Part shown: positions 1 to 13,034 of the stretch, piece by piece
Numbering within the stretch: the stretch's first letter is position 1
Layout: each line of letters begins with the position of its first letter
Origin: Octopus bimaculoides
Lineage: Eukaryota
Direction of reading: 5' to 3'
NCBI RefSeq assembly: GCF_001194135.2
Contig: NC_069006.1
Location: 24,882,134-24,946,133, forward strand
Length of the DNA: 64,000 bases
Notes under the pieces: model-generated
What the model was told of the DNA's origin: nothing
Seen by the model: the letters and a program-made list of their open reading frames with translations, nothing else
Databases searched by the model: none
Translations under genes and position numbers: made by a program

Positions 1-528
1 GTCATCATCATCATCACTACCACAACCATCATCACCACCATCATTGCCATCATCATCATCACCACCATCATCAGCATCATTTTTAATGTCCACTTTTCTG
101 TGCTTGCATGGGTCGGACGGAATTGTTTTATTCTTCTTTTCTTCTATGTGTTTCAGTCATTTGACTGTGGTCATGCTGGAGCACTGTCAAAGAAATTGAC
201 CTCAGGACTTAGTCTTTGTAGGCCTGGTACTTATCTTATCAGTCTCTATTGCTGAACTGCTAGGTCACAGGGACGCAAGCCCACTCCATTGCTTTGACAA
301 CTGATGTTGGTGTGTTTACATCCCCGTAACTTAGTGGTTTGGCAAAAGATACTGACAGAATAAATACTAGGCTTACAAAGAATAAATCCGATTTGTTTTA
401 TTAAAAGGCAGTGCTCCAGCATGGCCGCAGCCAAATGACTGAAACAAATAAAAGAATAAAAGAATATATTTATGTTAGAAATCATTATTTGTTTTTTGTT
501 TTTTTGTTCTTTTTTTTCTCCCCCCCAG

Positions 529-630
529 TCAATTGTTGGTGTTGCTGGGGCCTCGACACGTGCCGCACTCTCACAACATCAGGCTCGCAGAAATAACATG
601 GCTGATGTATCAGTAAAAGATGGCAGCCAG
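529..630 (+). CDS. RUSF1: RUS1-family (C16orf58) internal exon, SIVGVAGASTRAALSQHQARRNNMADVSVKDGSQ; upstream exons lie outside the window
   Basis: Poly-pyrimidine tract + cag acceptor, gtgagt donor, 102 nt, phase 0-0. The peptide matches the conserved RUS/DUF647 core as I recall it (SIVGVAGGATRAAL..HQARR.NMADVSAKDGSQETLVN). Confidence 0.93.
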
Positions 631-1138
631 GTGAGTGCTGGTTTCTTTTCTTTTTTTATTTTTAAATGCACAGAGTCCTCACTGGTGCTGGTGCCACACA
701 CACACACACAAAAAAAAGAGCCCGGTACATTCTGTAAAGTGGCTGGCACTAAGGGAGGGCATCTAGCTATAGAAACCATTCCAAAGCAGACCCTGGAATA
801 CAGCATGGTCCTGGGACTGACCAGATCCTGTCAAACCATCCAACCCATGCCAGCAGGGAAAATGGACGTTAAATTCACTTTTACTTGTTTCAGTCATTTT
901 GACTGTGACCATGCTGGAGCACCGCCTTTTAGTCGAAGAAATCGACCCCAGGACATTTGATTATAGGCCAGCTTAATCTAGTTTGATCTGGAGCTAAACA
1001 TCAACAATAATAAATACCCCTACAAAATCCCTCCCTCCCTCACTCCACTCCTTTCCCTCTCTTCCAGTCTGAGAGAATGGTTGTAAAAGAACAACTTTGG
1101 TCTAAACATTGCTTCTTTCTCTCTTTCTTTCTTTCCAG

Positions 1139-1209
1139 GAAACTCTTGTGAACGTAACAGCTCTCCTCTTCAACCTTGTCTTGACTCCATTTGTTTCAAA
1201 ATACAAACA
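1139..1209 (+). CDS. RUSF1: RUSF1 exon, ETLVNVTALLFNLVLTPFVSKYK
   Basis: tttccag acceptor, gtaagt donor, 71 nt, phase 0-2. Continues DGSQ|ETLVN. Confidence 0.93.
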
Positions 1210-1250
1210 GTAAGTTGATGGAATGCTTCTTTGATACATATTTACAATTA

Positions 1251-1305
<55 letters not shown>

Positions 1306-1337
1306 ATGTATATCTTTATTCTATTACTCTCTTACAT

Positions 1338-1536
1338 GTTTCAGTCATTTGACTGCGGCCATGCTGGAGCACCGCCTTTAGTCGAACAAATCGACCCCAG
1401 GACTTATTCTATGTAAGCCCAGTACTTATTCTATCGATCTCTTTTTGCCGAGCCGATAGGTTATGGAGACGTAAACACACCAACATCGGTTGTCAAGTGA
1501 TGGTAGGGGGACAAACACACAGATACCCACAGACAG

Positions 1537-1573
<37 letters not shown>

Positions 1574-1733
1574 CGGATGGGCTTCTTTCAGTTTATGGCT
1601 ACCAAATCCACTCACAAGGCTTTGGTTGGCTCATGACAAGTAAAAGAGACTTGCCCAAGGTGCCACGCAGTGGGACTGAACCTAAAACTATGTAGTTGGG
1701 AAGCAAACCTTTTACCAAACAGCCATGCCTGCA
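1338..1733 (-). mobile_element. tRNA-derived SINE, family 1 (reverse orientation); many copies or fragments across the window, e.g. 5765-6123, 13270-13620, 23840-24205, 44065-44400, 55680-56000
   Basis: Highly repeated body (ccttgggcaagtgtcttctactatagcc...gaaactgaaagaagccc) with a Pol III box-like head. Confidence 0.8.
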
Positions 1734-1844
1734 TTTATGCATGTGTGTATTTTTATAGAAAGTTGTTTAGAAAACGCAAAAGCACAAGAAATTAAAATAA
1801 ATAACTTCATATAACTATAAATATATATTCTACTTCCATTACAG

Positions 1845-2029
1845 GTTAGTTTTCTATTTGTTCACCTTCTTCACAATGTTACATTTATACGCCAACTATT
1901 CTGCTATCAAATCTGTTACCATGGAAACCATCAATCAGGCTCGTTTGTGCATCCTGGTGCAGGAGTATCTGCGATCATCCACGATTTTAAATGTGAAAGA
2001 AGTCAACATGCAAGAACCAGTTATCTTCG
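1845..2029 (+). CDS. RUSF1: RUSF1 exon, LVFYLFTFFTMLHLYANYSAIKSVTMETINQARL...EPVIF
   Basis: ttacag acceptor, gtgagt donor, 185 nt, phase 2-1. Contains the RUS-family LH.YANY.A...V.METLN..RL motif. Confidence 0.93.
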
Positions 2030-2770
2030 GTGAGTTGTCTAAACCAAGATTAACCCTAATCTAGCAGACCCCTATAATGAAGGGGATTCTGGCTCTGACC
2101 ATATTGTCCTGTCTTTTAAGGGTTTTTTTTTTTCTTTCTCCTTATTTACCCCCACAAACTTATGTTTTCCTTTTTAACCCTTTTGATACCAACCCACCTG
2201 AGGCCAACTTTGGTTCTATGAGATAAACTTCCTGTTTTAAAGTAATCCAGATTAAAACTTTTCATCGAAATTTTATGTTAAGTTTTATTTGAAAAATTAG
2301 ATTAATAATGACTTATCACAATAATGGTAAAAAGGCCCCTTTCAGTCATGAAGGACCATAGGGTTGCACCGAGAAAGGTTCCCAGCAAGACACAAGTCCA
2401 GGTAAGGTTGTTTATGGAAGACCAACAGTCCACCCATGCCTACCAGCCTCCCTTCTCCATGCCACTGATGTTATCCAAGGGAAAGGCAAAGGGGCTGATA
2501 CAACCTGGCACCAGTGGCATCGCAACTCATTTCTACAGCTGAGTGAACTGAGGCAACATGAAATCAAGTGTCTTGCTCAAGAACACAACACACAGCCCAG
2601 TCTGAGAATCGAACTCACTACCTCATGATTGTGAGCCTGACGCTCTAACCACTGAGCCATGCACCTTCACCACAATAATGGTGAAATATCAGTATCTACC
2701 ATTCTCAATCGATTCCCTGGACACTATTCCACAGAAAATGGGCATTTAAACAAAACAGGCATGAAGGGGT

Positions 2771-2967
2771 TGCTGAAAAGTTCCTGGCATCAAGAGTATT
2801 GTGAAAGGCCTGGTTGGAGGTCCCCAACCTTCTGAGTTCTTTTGCAGCGCTTAGAAAAACCGAAGGACCTGAAGAATCTGAGAGGAGGGGGATATGTTGA
2901 ATAAAATCATAATTCACTGATCCTCATCCTGTATTTTCTTTTACCCAAAGCCAGGAACTTTTCAGCA
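2771..2967. mobile_element. Mariner-type MITE
   Basis: Perfect 18-bp inverted repeats TGCTGAAAAGTTCCTGGC at 2771-2788 and 2950-2967; non-coding interior. Confidence 0.7.
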
Positions 2968-3139
2968 CTGTTTCTTTTGATTAGAAAAATGAAAATAAAA
3001 TCAAGTCTACCTCAGTTGACTTTGTCTCTGCTTCCCAGGCAAGATTCACAGCCACAACGCACCCTGCCAAATGTTTCATTTCTAAAACGAGAAACATACA
3101 TTGAAGAATTTTGTATTCATCTTTATTTTACATTTTCAG

Positions 3140-3197
3140 GAACTTATCGGAAGATGTCCATCCATTTAGGTTGTTCCATAAAGAATATTTATCCAGA
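3140..3197 (+). CDS. RUSF1: RUSF1 exon, TYRKMSIHLGCSIKNIYP
   Basis: ttttcag acceptor, gtaagt donor, 58 nt, phase 1-2. Fits the I.LG.S motif. Confidence 0.85.
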
Positions 3198-3241
3198 GTA
3201 AGTCTTGTAGGAAATTCTTTCAACTGTCTCTCCTGGGATTC

Positions 3242-3275
<34 letters not shown>

Positions 3276-3639
3276 CTTTATTAATAAAGCATATTACTCT
3301 ACCTCTGGTATTTGAGTACTATATACACACTAGGTGGCCCAGGTAACAATTCATCTATGCTGATTATATATATATAATCAGTCGCTATGATTGATCGCTA
3401 AATCCACAAGTTTTTATTATTCTCTCTCTCTGTTTATTTCTTCATGTTCCTTTCTGTTGAAGAGCTTAGGCTTGAAACGTAAAAGACTTTCTCACTTTCC
3501 CGAGCATCAAATTAATACACCTGCTTGTTGTTCCTACACCTGTCTTCATCTTTTGTTTTTCTGTAAATTTCAACTATATATATATATATATATTTATATA
3601 CTTCTCACAACATTTATTTTGTGTATTTGAATTTTGCAG

Positions 3640-3713
3640 TGAAAGCATTTTAGCCAGTCTTAAAAAGATTTATAAAGATTCTAAATATCTGGTGTTCACG
3701 GATCTTGTAGATG
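3640..3713 (+). CDS. RUSF1: RUSF1 exon, ESILASLKKIYKDSKYLVFTDLVD
   Basis: ttttgcag acceptor, gtaagt donor, 74 nt, phase 2-1, open frame. Confidence 0.85.
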
Positions 3714-4356
3714 GTAAGTAATTCTCTGGACTAAATGGTATCCTATAATCTAACCCCTTCTGATATGGAACCTACGTAAATTCATCTAGATATATCACAG
3801 CAACAGATAGAGAACTTTTTGCAGTTAATGGGGAGGGGGGGGGCAGTAAAAATCTAAGGAATCCACATGCACCTTAGAAGTAAGTTTTTACAGTCACCAA
3901 ATAGTCTGTATTCAGAAAGTTTGCTGCAAACATTTTTGCCGCAGGAAAATTCTCCTCAGGATTTTGGGCCATGGGAAAGTCGACCGCATTGGAAAGTTTG
4001 TGACAAGACAAAAGATGAGTTGCTTCCCTTATTGTTTAAGCCAATAGGAAGGCGTAAGACAGATTCTTAACTCCTTTAAAATTTTCTTTATTCATTTGAC
4101 AAAATTTGTGTTGCAAAAATTTTTGTAGAAATTTCAAAAGAGTTAAGAAATTGTTTTACCTTTTCTTATTGGTTGAGACTTTTATATACCAAGGGAAGAA
4201 ATTCATCTTTTGTCTTGCAGCAAAATTTCCTATGCATCGAGCTTTCCTACGGCCAAAAATCCTGAGGTCAATTTTCCTGCAGCAAACTTTCCCAGAAGCC
4301 AAATAGTCATTCACTAATGTATGTATGTATAATATTTTTTATTGTTTCATTGCAAG

Positions 4357-4472
4357 ATCATATATACACCCTGCTCTGTAATGGAAGCACTGTTGAACAC
4401 CAATTGGAAGGGTGTTTCCAGGCAGAAGTAATAAACGCAGCCATGGATAACCTGATATCACCACAAATTCTT
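4357..4472 (+). CDS. RUSF1: RUSF1 exon, HIYTLLCNGSTVEHQLEGCFQAEVINAAMDNLISPQIL
   Basis: AAG-type acceptor, gtaagt donor, 116 nt, phase 1-0. The exact 5' boundary is slightly uncertain. Confidence 0.8.
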
Positions 4473-4650
4473 GTAAGTAATCGCACAACTAAAACATTAA
4501 TTAACTAGTATTAATTAATTTATTACATAATAATTATTTGTTTTTCTATTTGGTTTGCAAGATTATGGAAGTCACTTCATGTGTTGAACAAATCCCCCCC
4601 CCCCTTCCATATAAGGAAGTACACCTATGAATCAAATGACTGAAACAAGT

Positions 4651-4688
<38 letters not shown>

Positions 4689-4820
4689 CACATATATACA
4701 CACATACAACCTTTTATATGTTTATCCCTCTCAGCTGCCATTGAAGTTTATTGTTTCCATTCAAATTTCTCTGTATTGACAAAAGTTTCATTTGTTTTTC
4801 TTTGTTTTGTTGTTTCTCAG

Positions 4821-4866
4821 GAACAGAACAAGACCCTCCAGAAGGTAACTCAATCAGCCAGCGCCA
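4821..4866 (+). CDS. RUSF1: RUSF1 small exon, EQNKTLQKVTQSASA
   Basis: tttctcag acceptor, gtaagt donor at 4867, 46 nt, phase 0-1. This is the phase needed to join the last exon. Confidence 0.75.
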
Positions 4867-5535
4867 GTAAGTAACATTACTCCAGTGCTTCTCTCAAAAC
4901 ACTTCACTTCATAAATGTGTTGGGTCAGTTGTGAGGTGTCTCCTGAATGCTACTGGTGGGTGTGCCATGGAATCCAGTGCAACTTGTGGCATGTTGATTA
5001 GGTTGTTAGCAACTAAATCGGCACCCACTGCTAGGCTTGCCTGGTGAGGAGTGTTGCTAGAAATTCAACAGGGTGATAAACAAGGCCTGTCAAAAGCACA
5101 GATGACCCTGCTATAAGTTCAATATAGATGGAAGGGTGGATGGATGGAGAGATAGATAGATAGATAGATAGATAGATATAACAGCTGTAGTACTAAGGAC
5201 ATACAATTAGAATGCTGCAAGAAAGCATTGCAAAACATATAATTCAAATCCAACAGGAGACCCAGGGGTAGGGTCACATCCATAGTCTCAGCTGGTCATG
5301 CTTGGGAATCCAACCGGAAAGTCTAATAATGGTTGTTTCTAACAGGACCCTATGAGGGAAGTGTCTCAGGACTACTCCTATGACTCTTCCAGAAATATTG
5401 AGTGGATGGGACAAAATTCAATTCTTTAATCAGTTGTTCTACAGTTTTTACCATTCTGACAGTTTCATTAATTGCAGTCTTTTATTGTGTTTTAAGAAGA
5501 ATATAAATGATTTGGAATTCTTTCATTTTCCACAG

Positions 5536-5696
5536 GAATTCCTCAGGAAGTGATAAAATATTCCTTTGAATACACAAAAGAGAATTTTGGAAATTTTAAG
5601 AAATTGTTGCAGTCAAAACATTGGATAACAGACCGCCATTTATTAGGAGCTGACGAATGGAGAGTGGATTTAATGATGAATAAAAAGAACGATTGA
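5536..5696 (+). CDS. RUSF1: RUSF1 terminal exon, IPQEVIKYSFEYTKENFGNFKKLLQSKHWITDRHLLGADEWRVDLMMNKKND-stop
   Basis: ttccacag acceptor, phase 1, TGA at 5694-5696. Contains the RUS-family C-terminal F...L...W.T....L..DEWR motif. Confidence 0.92.
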
Positions 5697-5740
5697 GTCA
5701 ATCAGATTATATGTTTCTGTAAGAGAGCAAAACTGACCAG

Positions 5741-5746
5741 AATAAA
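5741..5746 (+). terminator. Candidate polyadenylation signal of RUSF1
   Basis: AATAAA 45 nt after the stop codon, just before a SINE. Confidence 0.5.
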
Positions 5747-6245
5747 TACATTTATATCTATACGCTTTTACTTGTTTCAATCATTTGACTGCAGCCATGC
5801 TGGAGCACCACCTTTACTAGAACAAAACGACCCCAGGACTTATTCTTTGTTAGCTGGTACTTATTCTATTGGTCTCTTTTGTCGAACTGCTAAGTTATAG
5901 GGATGTAAACACACCAACATTGGTTGTCAAGCGATGGTGGGAGGACAAACACAGACACAAATATATACATACACACACACATGTATATAGACAGGCTTCT
6001 TACAGTTTCCGTCTACTAAATCTACTTGCAAGGCTTTGGTCAGTATGAGGCACTTGCCCAAGGTGCTCCGCAGTGGGACTGAACATGGAACCGTGTGGTT
6101 CGGAAGCAAGCTTCTTACCACACTATATTAAAGTTTACAAACTAATTTGCATAAATTACGTATAATATTTGAGTGAAAGTAAGAGGGTAAGAGGCCCGAA
6201 AACCATTAAATACTTACTGCTGAGTGACTTTGTGACCAGCCTGTA

Positions 6246-7053
6246 TATGAGGTGCTATCAGAAGGGTCCCAGATTAGTTATGTTTAATAAAAAAATTACT
6301 TATTTACCTAAGTTTTAAACATCGTCTCCTTCGAAATAGTCCCCTTGCGCAGCAATACTCTGATCCCAGTGTTCCTGTCATTTTTGGAATCCGGCCTGGA
6401 AGTCATTTTCTGGAAGCAAGTCAAAGACCTTCTGTTATTCATTCTGGATCTCAACAATGGTGTTTAAACAGCAATCTTTGAGTTGCATTTTCATCTTGAG
6501 GAAGAGATGGGAGTCTGCAGGTGCTAAATCTCGTAAAAAGAGTGAGTGTGGAAACATTGCCACATTTTTTTGTGAGAAACTCACAAGTGAGGAAAGTTTG
6601 GTGACAGGGTGAATCGTTGTAGTCAAGAATCTAATTCTTCAGGCTCCGCAGATCTGGTCGCTTTTGCTCAATGTTCTCCCTCAAATGCTTCAAAACGTTG
6701 TTGAATAACCTCTGACGATCCTCATGCATAAGCTGATGAATTTTCTCCCCATTTCTGGGGGTGATGTTCATGGCAGGTCTTCTAGGGACATTCTTCCGTT
6801 TTTAAAGCACCCATACCACTTGAAACATTGCGTACGACCCACTGCCGTGTAGCTGTAAGCTTGCCAAAGCATGCTCACTATTGCTGTAGCAGGCTTCCCA
6901 AGTTTAATGCAAAATTCCATGTTGGCTTTTTGTTCCAATTTCCTGTCTGTGACAAAAAATAATAGACTACAGCAGACACACCTGATCACAAAAACACAAA
7001 TTTCATAATTTGCAAGGTAAATACAATGATGTCACTTAACAACCCACCTCACG
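6246..7053 (-). mobile_element. Degenerate, internally deleted Tc1/mariner transposon
   Basis: ORF 6768-6989 gives the mariner N-terminal HTH (EQKANMEFCIKLGKPAT...RTQCFKWY..FKNGR.SLED). ORF 6435-6626 gives a decayed YSPDLAP.D..LF..MK motif. Partial TGAGGTG termini. Confidence 0.8.
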
Positions 7054-8972
7054 CTGTAAAACATTGACAAAATCCCTTACTTTCTGCTTTTCCTTTCGCC
7101 TAGTTTCCCTTCTGATATAATACTCTGCTGCCACCATTTTCTCAGTTCCGTTTCTTTGCTTTTAATAGCACTGTCTACCTCCTTGTTCCACCACCATGTC
7201 ACCCTGGGTATGGCTGGGGTTTTGCAACAGCTACAAATTTCACCTGCAGCCCTCAGTATGTTGTCCGGCAGGAACGTCCAACTGTCCTCAAAGTTTTACG
7301 ATCCCAACTCCTCCTGTCTCTCATAAGAAGCTTCCATTAGGATATTTCTAAATTTTTGTTAGCTTTCTGGGTCTTTCAGCTTCCATAACCTCCTTTTCCA
7401 GACTGGTTTCTTTTTGGGAGTCCTAATTCTGAAGTCACTAACAACTAGTAACCGATGTTGGATTGGCCCTCAAAAGAAATAGGAAATAAAAGAAAAAGAA
7501 AAAGAAGAAGAGGAACACAAAGGAGTATCAACACATTGGTCTGGATCTTTATTTACAAAATCAATAGTCATACCAAACAGGGTATAACGCACACTTCAAA
7601 CACAGGTCTTCATCAACATCAGACAATCTGCCAAGAAAATTCCCCTAAAAAGCTGGCAATGAGGAATTCCCGTTTCATTAAAAAAAAAAAAAAATTAAAA
7701 GAAAAGAAAAAAGTAATAATAATAATAATTATAATAATAATAATAAAATAATAGATAAATAAATGTCAATATTATGAGAATATTTTTTGTATTTTTTTTA
7801 GATATTTCAAAATAGCAGCAAGGAGATCCAACAGGATTTTAAGTCATCGATAGATGGCTTATGAATCCTTTTGTTTTGTTTTTGTTAATTGTTTTTCTTT
7901 CTTTCTTCTCTTTGACAGCAACTTGTCTTCTTCANNNNNNNNNNNNNNNNNNNNNNNNNNNNNNNNNNNNNNNNNNNNNNNNNNNNNNNNNNNNNNNNNN
8001 NNNNNNNNNNNNNNNNNNNNNNNNNNNNNNNNNNNNNNNNNNNNNNNNNNNNNNNNNNNNNNNNNNNNNNNNNNNNNNNNNNNNNNNNNNNNNNNNNNNN
8101 NNNNNNNNNNNNNNNNNNNNNNNNNNNNNNNNNNNNNNNNNNNNNNNNNNNNNNNNNNNNNNNNNNNNNNNNNNNNNNNNNNNNNNNNNNNNNNNNNNNN
8201 NNNNNNNNNNNNNNNNNNNNNNNNNNNNNNNNNNNNNNNNNNNNNNNNNNNNNNNNNNNNNNNNNNNNNNNNNNNNNNNNNNNNNNNNNNNNNNNNNNNN
8301 NNNNNNNNNNNNNNNNNNNNNNNNNNNNNNNNNNNNNNNNNNNNNNNNNNNNNNNNNNNNNNNNNNNNNNNNNNNNNNNNNNNNNNNNNNNNNNNNNNNN
8401 NNNNNNNNNNNNNNNNNNNNNNNNNNNNNNNNNNNNNNNNNNNNNNNNNNNNNNNNNNNNNNNNNNNNNNNNNNNNNNNNNNNNNNNNNNNNNNNNNNNN
8501 NNNNNNNNNNNNNNNNNNNNNNNNNNNNNNNNNNNNNNNNNNNNNNNNNNNNNNNNNNNNNNNNNNNNNNNNNNNNNNNNNNNNNNNNNNNNNNNNNNNN
8601 NNNNNNNNNNNNNNNNNNNNNNNNNNNNNNNNNNNNNNNNNNNNNNNNNNNNNNNNNNNNNNNNNNNNNNNNNNNNNNNNNNNNNNNNNNNNNNNNNNNN
8701 NNNNNNNNNNNNNNNNNNNNNNNNNNNNNNNNNNNNNNNNNNNNNNNNNNNNNNNNNNNNNNNNNNNNNNNNNNNNNNNNNNNNNCTGAAAGCAGTTTGT
8801 TAAGAATTGTGCTTCGTTTATTGAGAGGCAAGATGACGATGATGATGAGGATGAAAAATGAAAACGTCCACCAGCCCTCCCCCTGTTATAGGGATGCTGT
8901 GGAGCAAGGATAGCAAGGTGAAATGAAATCAGATAGGAGTGCAGGAGTAAAGAGGTACAGAAACTAAGATTT

Positions 8973-9354
8973 TTAATCCTTTTGCTACCAACCCACCCGA
9001 GACCGCTCCTGGGTTCTAAGGTACAAACTTCCTGTTTTAAAGTGATCCAAAATTAAAAACTTCCATCAGAATTTCATGTTCATTTATGTTCCAAACACCA
9101 GTTTGATATAATGACTAAGCTATTTCACTAAATTCTTCATTATTTTCAAAATTAATTGAAACAAAGACAATGTAGTTCAACAGAAGTATGGTAACAAAAG
9201 GGTTAAAGTGATCTAAATTAAAATCTTCAATCAAGATTTTATGCTAATTTATGTTCCAAACACCAACTTCACAATGACAAATTATTTTCCTAAATTCATT
9301 ATTTCCAGAATAAACTGAAACCAAAGGCAGTGAATACGGTAAGAAAAGGGTTAA
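8973..9354. mobile_element. TTAA-flanked MITE (piggyBac-like termini), family A, with an internal ~160-bp duplication
   Basis: TTAA(T)CCTTTT...AAAAGGGTTAA ends. Related copies at ~2175, 23355-23538 and 54121-54680. Confidence 0.6.
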
Positions 9355-12300
9355 TTTGAAATCAAAATATTACAATTGGTTTTGATGCTTTCAGAGTCGT
9401 ACTTGTCTAAAGAGTGTGCGTTGAAACTGAAGGGACTACATTTAGGAGGAATCGTTTAACCTTTAGCATGCTTAGGTGCATTATGTTGCCATAGAGTTCT
9501 CTCCCCTGTAGCCGCAGTTGCATTGTGCTGCACCGAAAGGGAAGAAAACTCATACAGTGACATGATGCTCTTCCAGAGTGTTAAAGGTTAATAATAACGT
9601 ACTGGCTTCTAACAAACTTTCAGACACTTGCATTGCAAATCTCAACACCTTGTAGAATAAATTTAAATTTCACAGCTTTCTATAACAATGTAGATTTAAT
9701 ACTAAATTTTACTTTTTTTCTTTCATGTAAAAAAAAAAAATTCAAATTAATGATTTCAAATTATGGCACAAGGCCAGTAATTTCAGAGGAGGGGATAAAT
9801 TGATTACACTGACCCCAGTACTCAACTGGTACTTATTTTATCGACTCCTAACTTGGTGGAATTTGAACTCAGAATGCAAAGATGGACAAAATGCTGCCAA
9901 GTATTTCCTCCTGGTGTACTAATGATTCTGTCAGTTCGTCCTTTTAAATTGATGTTACGAAAGAAACAACAAAAAGTTTATACTAGGAAAGAAAAAAAAT
10001 TTTTAACTTAAGACAGTTTAGTTGTAGGAGAGTATCACATTTATCTTAGAGAGAGGGAGAGAAAGATGGACAGAAAAAAACTTTTGGATTACAACCGAAA
10101 CTAAGACAATGGAATATAGGTAGGGATTTTTACTCCACTCCACACTTATAATATACAGACTTTCATTATTGGGACAAATTNNNNNNNNNNNNNNNNNNNN
10201 NNNNNNNNNNNNNNNNNNNNNNNNNNNNNNNNNNNNNNNNNNNNNNNNNNNNNNNNNNNNNNNNNNNNNNNNNNNNNNNNNNNNNNNNNNNNNNNNNNNN
10301 NNNNNNNNNNNNNNNNNNNNNNNNNNNNNNNNNNNNNNNNNNNNNNNNNNNNNNNNNNNNNNNNNNNNNNNNNNNNNNNNNNNNNNNNNNNNNNNNNNNN
10401 NNNNNNNNNNNNNNNNNNNNNNNNNNNNNNNNNNNNNNNNNNNNNNNNNNNNNNNNNNNNNNNNNNNNNNNNNNNNNNNNNNNNNNNNNNNNNNNNNNNN
10501 NNNNNNNNNNNNNNNNNNNNNNNNNNNNNNNNNNNNNNNNNNNNNNNNNNNNNNNNNNNNNNNNNNNNNNNNNNNNNNNNNNNNNNNNNNNNNNNNNNNN
10601 NNNNNNNNNNNNNNNNNNNNNNNNNNNNNNNNNNNNNNNNNNNNNNNNNNNNNNNNNNNNNNNNNNNNNNNNNNNNNNNNNNNNNNNNNNNNNNNNNNNN
10701 NNNNNNNNNNNNNNNNNNNNNNNNNNNNNNNNNNNNTGACCCCAGTAGTTCACTGGTACTTTATTTTATCGACCTCAGAAGGATGAAAGGCAAAGTTGAC
10801 CTCGGCAGGGTTTGAACTCAGAATATTAAGAGCCGGAGCAAACGCCACAAGATGTTTTTATCCACTGCTCTAACGTCTGCCAATCCCCCAGATTAATATG
10901 TTTTCTCACATTGGCACATAGCCATTCATTTGGGTTGGGCGGGCAAGTGTGGGGAGAGACGATTGGTAGGAGATGTAACTGATTAAAATTGACCCCTAAC
11001 ATTTGATTTTATCGACCTCAGAAAGATTTAAAAAAAAAAAAAAAATCCAAGTCGGTCATGGTGAAGTTTGAACTCAGAGTGCAAAGGGACGTAACCAAAT
11101 AACTACAAATTTTTGCTTGCCAATCTATCAGATGAACCAACTGATGACAACAGTGATGATGATGATGATGACGATGTGGATTTGTTGGACATGACCCCCT
11201 CCCCCCATCATTCCTTTACCAAATGAATAGAAGTAGAGAAAAAGATTATGTGATGTGTTTGTTGTGACTGAAGTGAAACAGAATCATGGACTCAAATTGC
11301 TTGAAGCTTATTTACTCTGCTTGCTCTATGGTGAAGTAGTTTTTAATAGAGAAGTTCTTATGATCCAGAGGGACTGCGTTCCCAGCCCAGGTATGGAGTG
11401 CATCAGTCCTAAAGGTCATAGAGCTAATGCCAATCTCAGGTGGAGGGTTAGCTGCAGGAATAGGAGACAAATGGGCAAATGGAGTGTTGTGTGTTGGCAT
11501 CAGGTGTGAGAGAGAGAAAGAGAGAGATTTTGTGTGTGTGTGATGCAGGGAGTTAACTTTATGAAAAGAATGTGTGAGAGAGAGAGGGGGAGAGGAGGAG
11601 GTGGTGGTGGTGATGATGATATGAGAATGGAAGAATATGGGGTGGGTCGAATTGAAAGCATCCAGTGATGGTTGTGGTAAGAATTGGTAACTGGAAGTAC
11701 CAGTACTGGGAAGATGGGAATCTTGGTGGTGGATGGTGGTGGTCTGTATATACATACATATATATGCATATACACACACACATACATACACATATATAGT
11801 AGTAGATATGTTTTTAACCCCAGGCCAACTCTGCTCAAGTAAATCTATGATCAGCATTACTGTTTCATTTCTTTTCCTCCAGGGCTCACAAAGATTGCAT
11901 TTTCTCACGTGTCCAAAGAAAATGAGGGAAAAAAAGAGGGAGAGGGGGAGAAGGGTAACTGTTGTTGAGGTGGTGGTTGTTAGTCCCAAGTGGGCCCTGA
12001 TCAAAGCAGGCCAAAGATGAAAGGCACTCCAGCCGTGGCTTTTCCTCAGACACAGCAAACCACGAACCAACCCGTCATCTAATGTGTGTGTGTTTCGAAG
12101 ACGATAGCGGTGATGAACTGAGGGAGATTTGACTGCCACTTCCAGCTGGTTGAGGCTGCCTTGTTTATCTCAGCACGTGTTTACACTAGTGGAATAATTA
12201 GCAGTGACAGTAATGACACAAAGATAGCAGCAGCCATACCAGTAATACATTGGGGGTAGAGTGTACAGCAGCAACACTACATTCGGCATATGTTTTTGGT

Positions 12301-12488
12301 GTCTAATAAGCCAGGTAACAAACAAGTTTAACAGTTACAGAGACGGCCATTATAGCAACGCTGAAGCAATGCCTTCTGATGGTGAGCTGTCTGTTGTTGA
12401 TTAAATTTATAATTATCAGATCATTAAATTAATCTTTAGAGATGAAAGATAATCCTAACATTTACACCTATACCATTTTCTGATCAGT

Positions 12489-12703
12489 TTAACCCTTCAC
12501 CTGTCCCCTGTATCACCGGTGATACACAAAACGTACTTCGCCTGGTGTCCATACATCATATCTGATGCACTCAAACATCCCAATATTTTCTCAACCTCCA
12601 GAATAACTTGGGTGTTATGAAAGCAAAGCTTTAATATCACTCAGAATGTATGAAACAAGCACTAACTAAAAGAATGAATGTTTAGGGACAGGCAAAGGGT
12701 TAA
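12489..12703. mobile_element. TTAA-flanked MITE, family C, copy 1
   Basis: TTAACCCTTCACCTGTCCC / GGGACAGGCAAAGGGTTAA TIRs, 17/19 match. Confidence 0.7.
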
Positions 12704-12790
12704 TTCATACTGTGGAGTTTGAGTCACTCTTCTGTTATACCCCTTGACTCATACAATGGAGTTTGAGTCACTCAATATCTGTTACTCTCC

Positions 12791-13034
12791 TTAACCCTTC
12801 GCCTGGCTTTTTCTTTTCACATGTGATACATAGGACACATTTTTCTGGTGTCCATGCATCATATGTGATACATTCCCAGTTTTTTTCCAACCACCGACAA
12901 ACTTGGAACTTATGAAAAGGAAAGCTTTGAATTACTTCAGAATGTATGCAAAAAGGGCTAACTAAAGTTTTGAAAACAAGCATGGACATTTAGGACAAAC
13001 TTATGAAAAGGTTTCAGACAAAGCAGAGGGTTAA
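12791..13034. mobile_element. TTAA-flanked MITE, family C, copy 2 (diverged neighbour of copy 1)
   Basis: TTAACCCTTCGCCTG...GAGGGTTAA ends. The interior aligns with 12489-12703 (ctggtgtccat.catcatat.tgat; tcagaatgtatg). Confidence 0.6.

Noticed and set aside
4845-4872. Alternative donors in the small RUSF1 exon (4845 and 4871)
   Set aside because: They give phases 0 and 2; only 4867 matches the terminal exon.
11312-12139. 275-aa minus-strand ORF
   Set aside because: Built from (CA)n, (GA)n and (CAC)n tracts, with no domain or splice support.
12341-12381. 41-nt + strand segment with cag / gtgagc boundaries (DGHYSNAEAMPSD)
   Set aside because: No recognisable partner exons or homology; could be chance.
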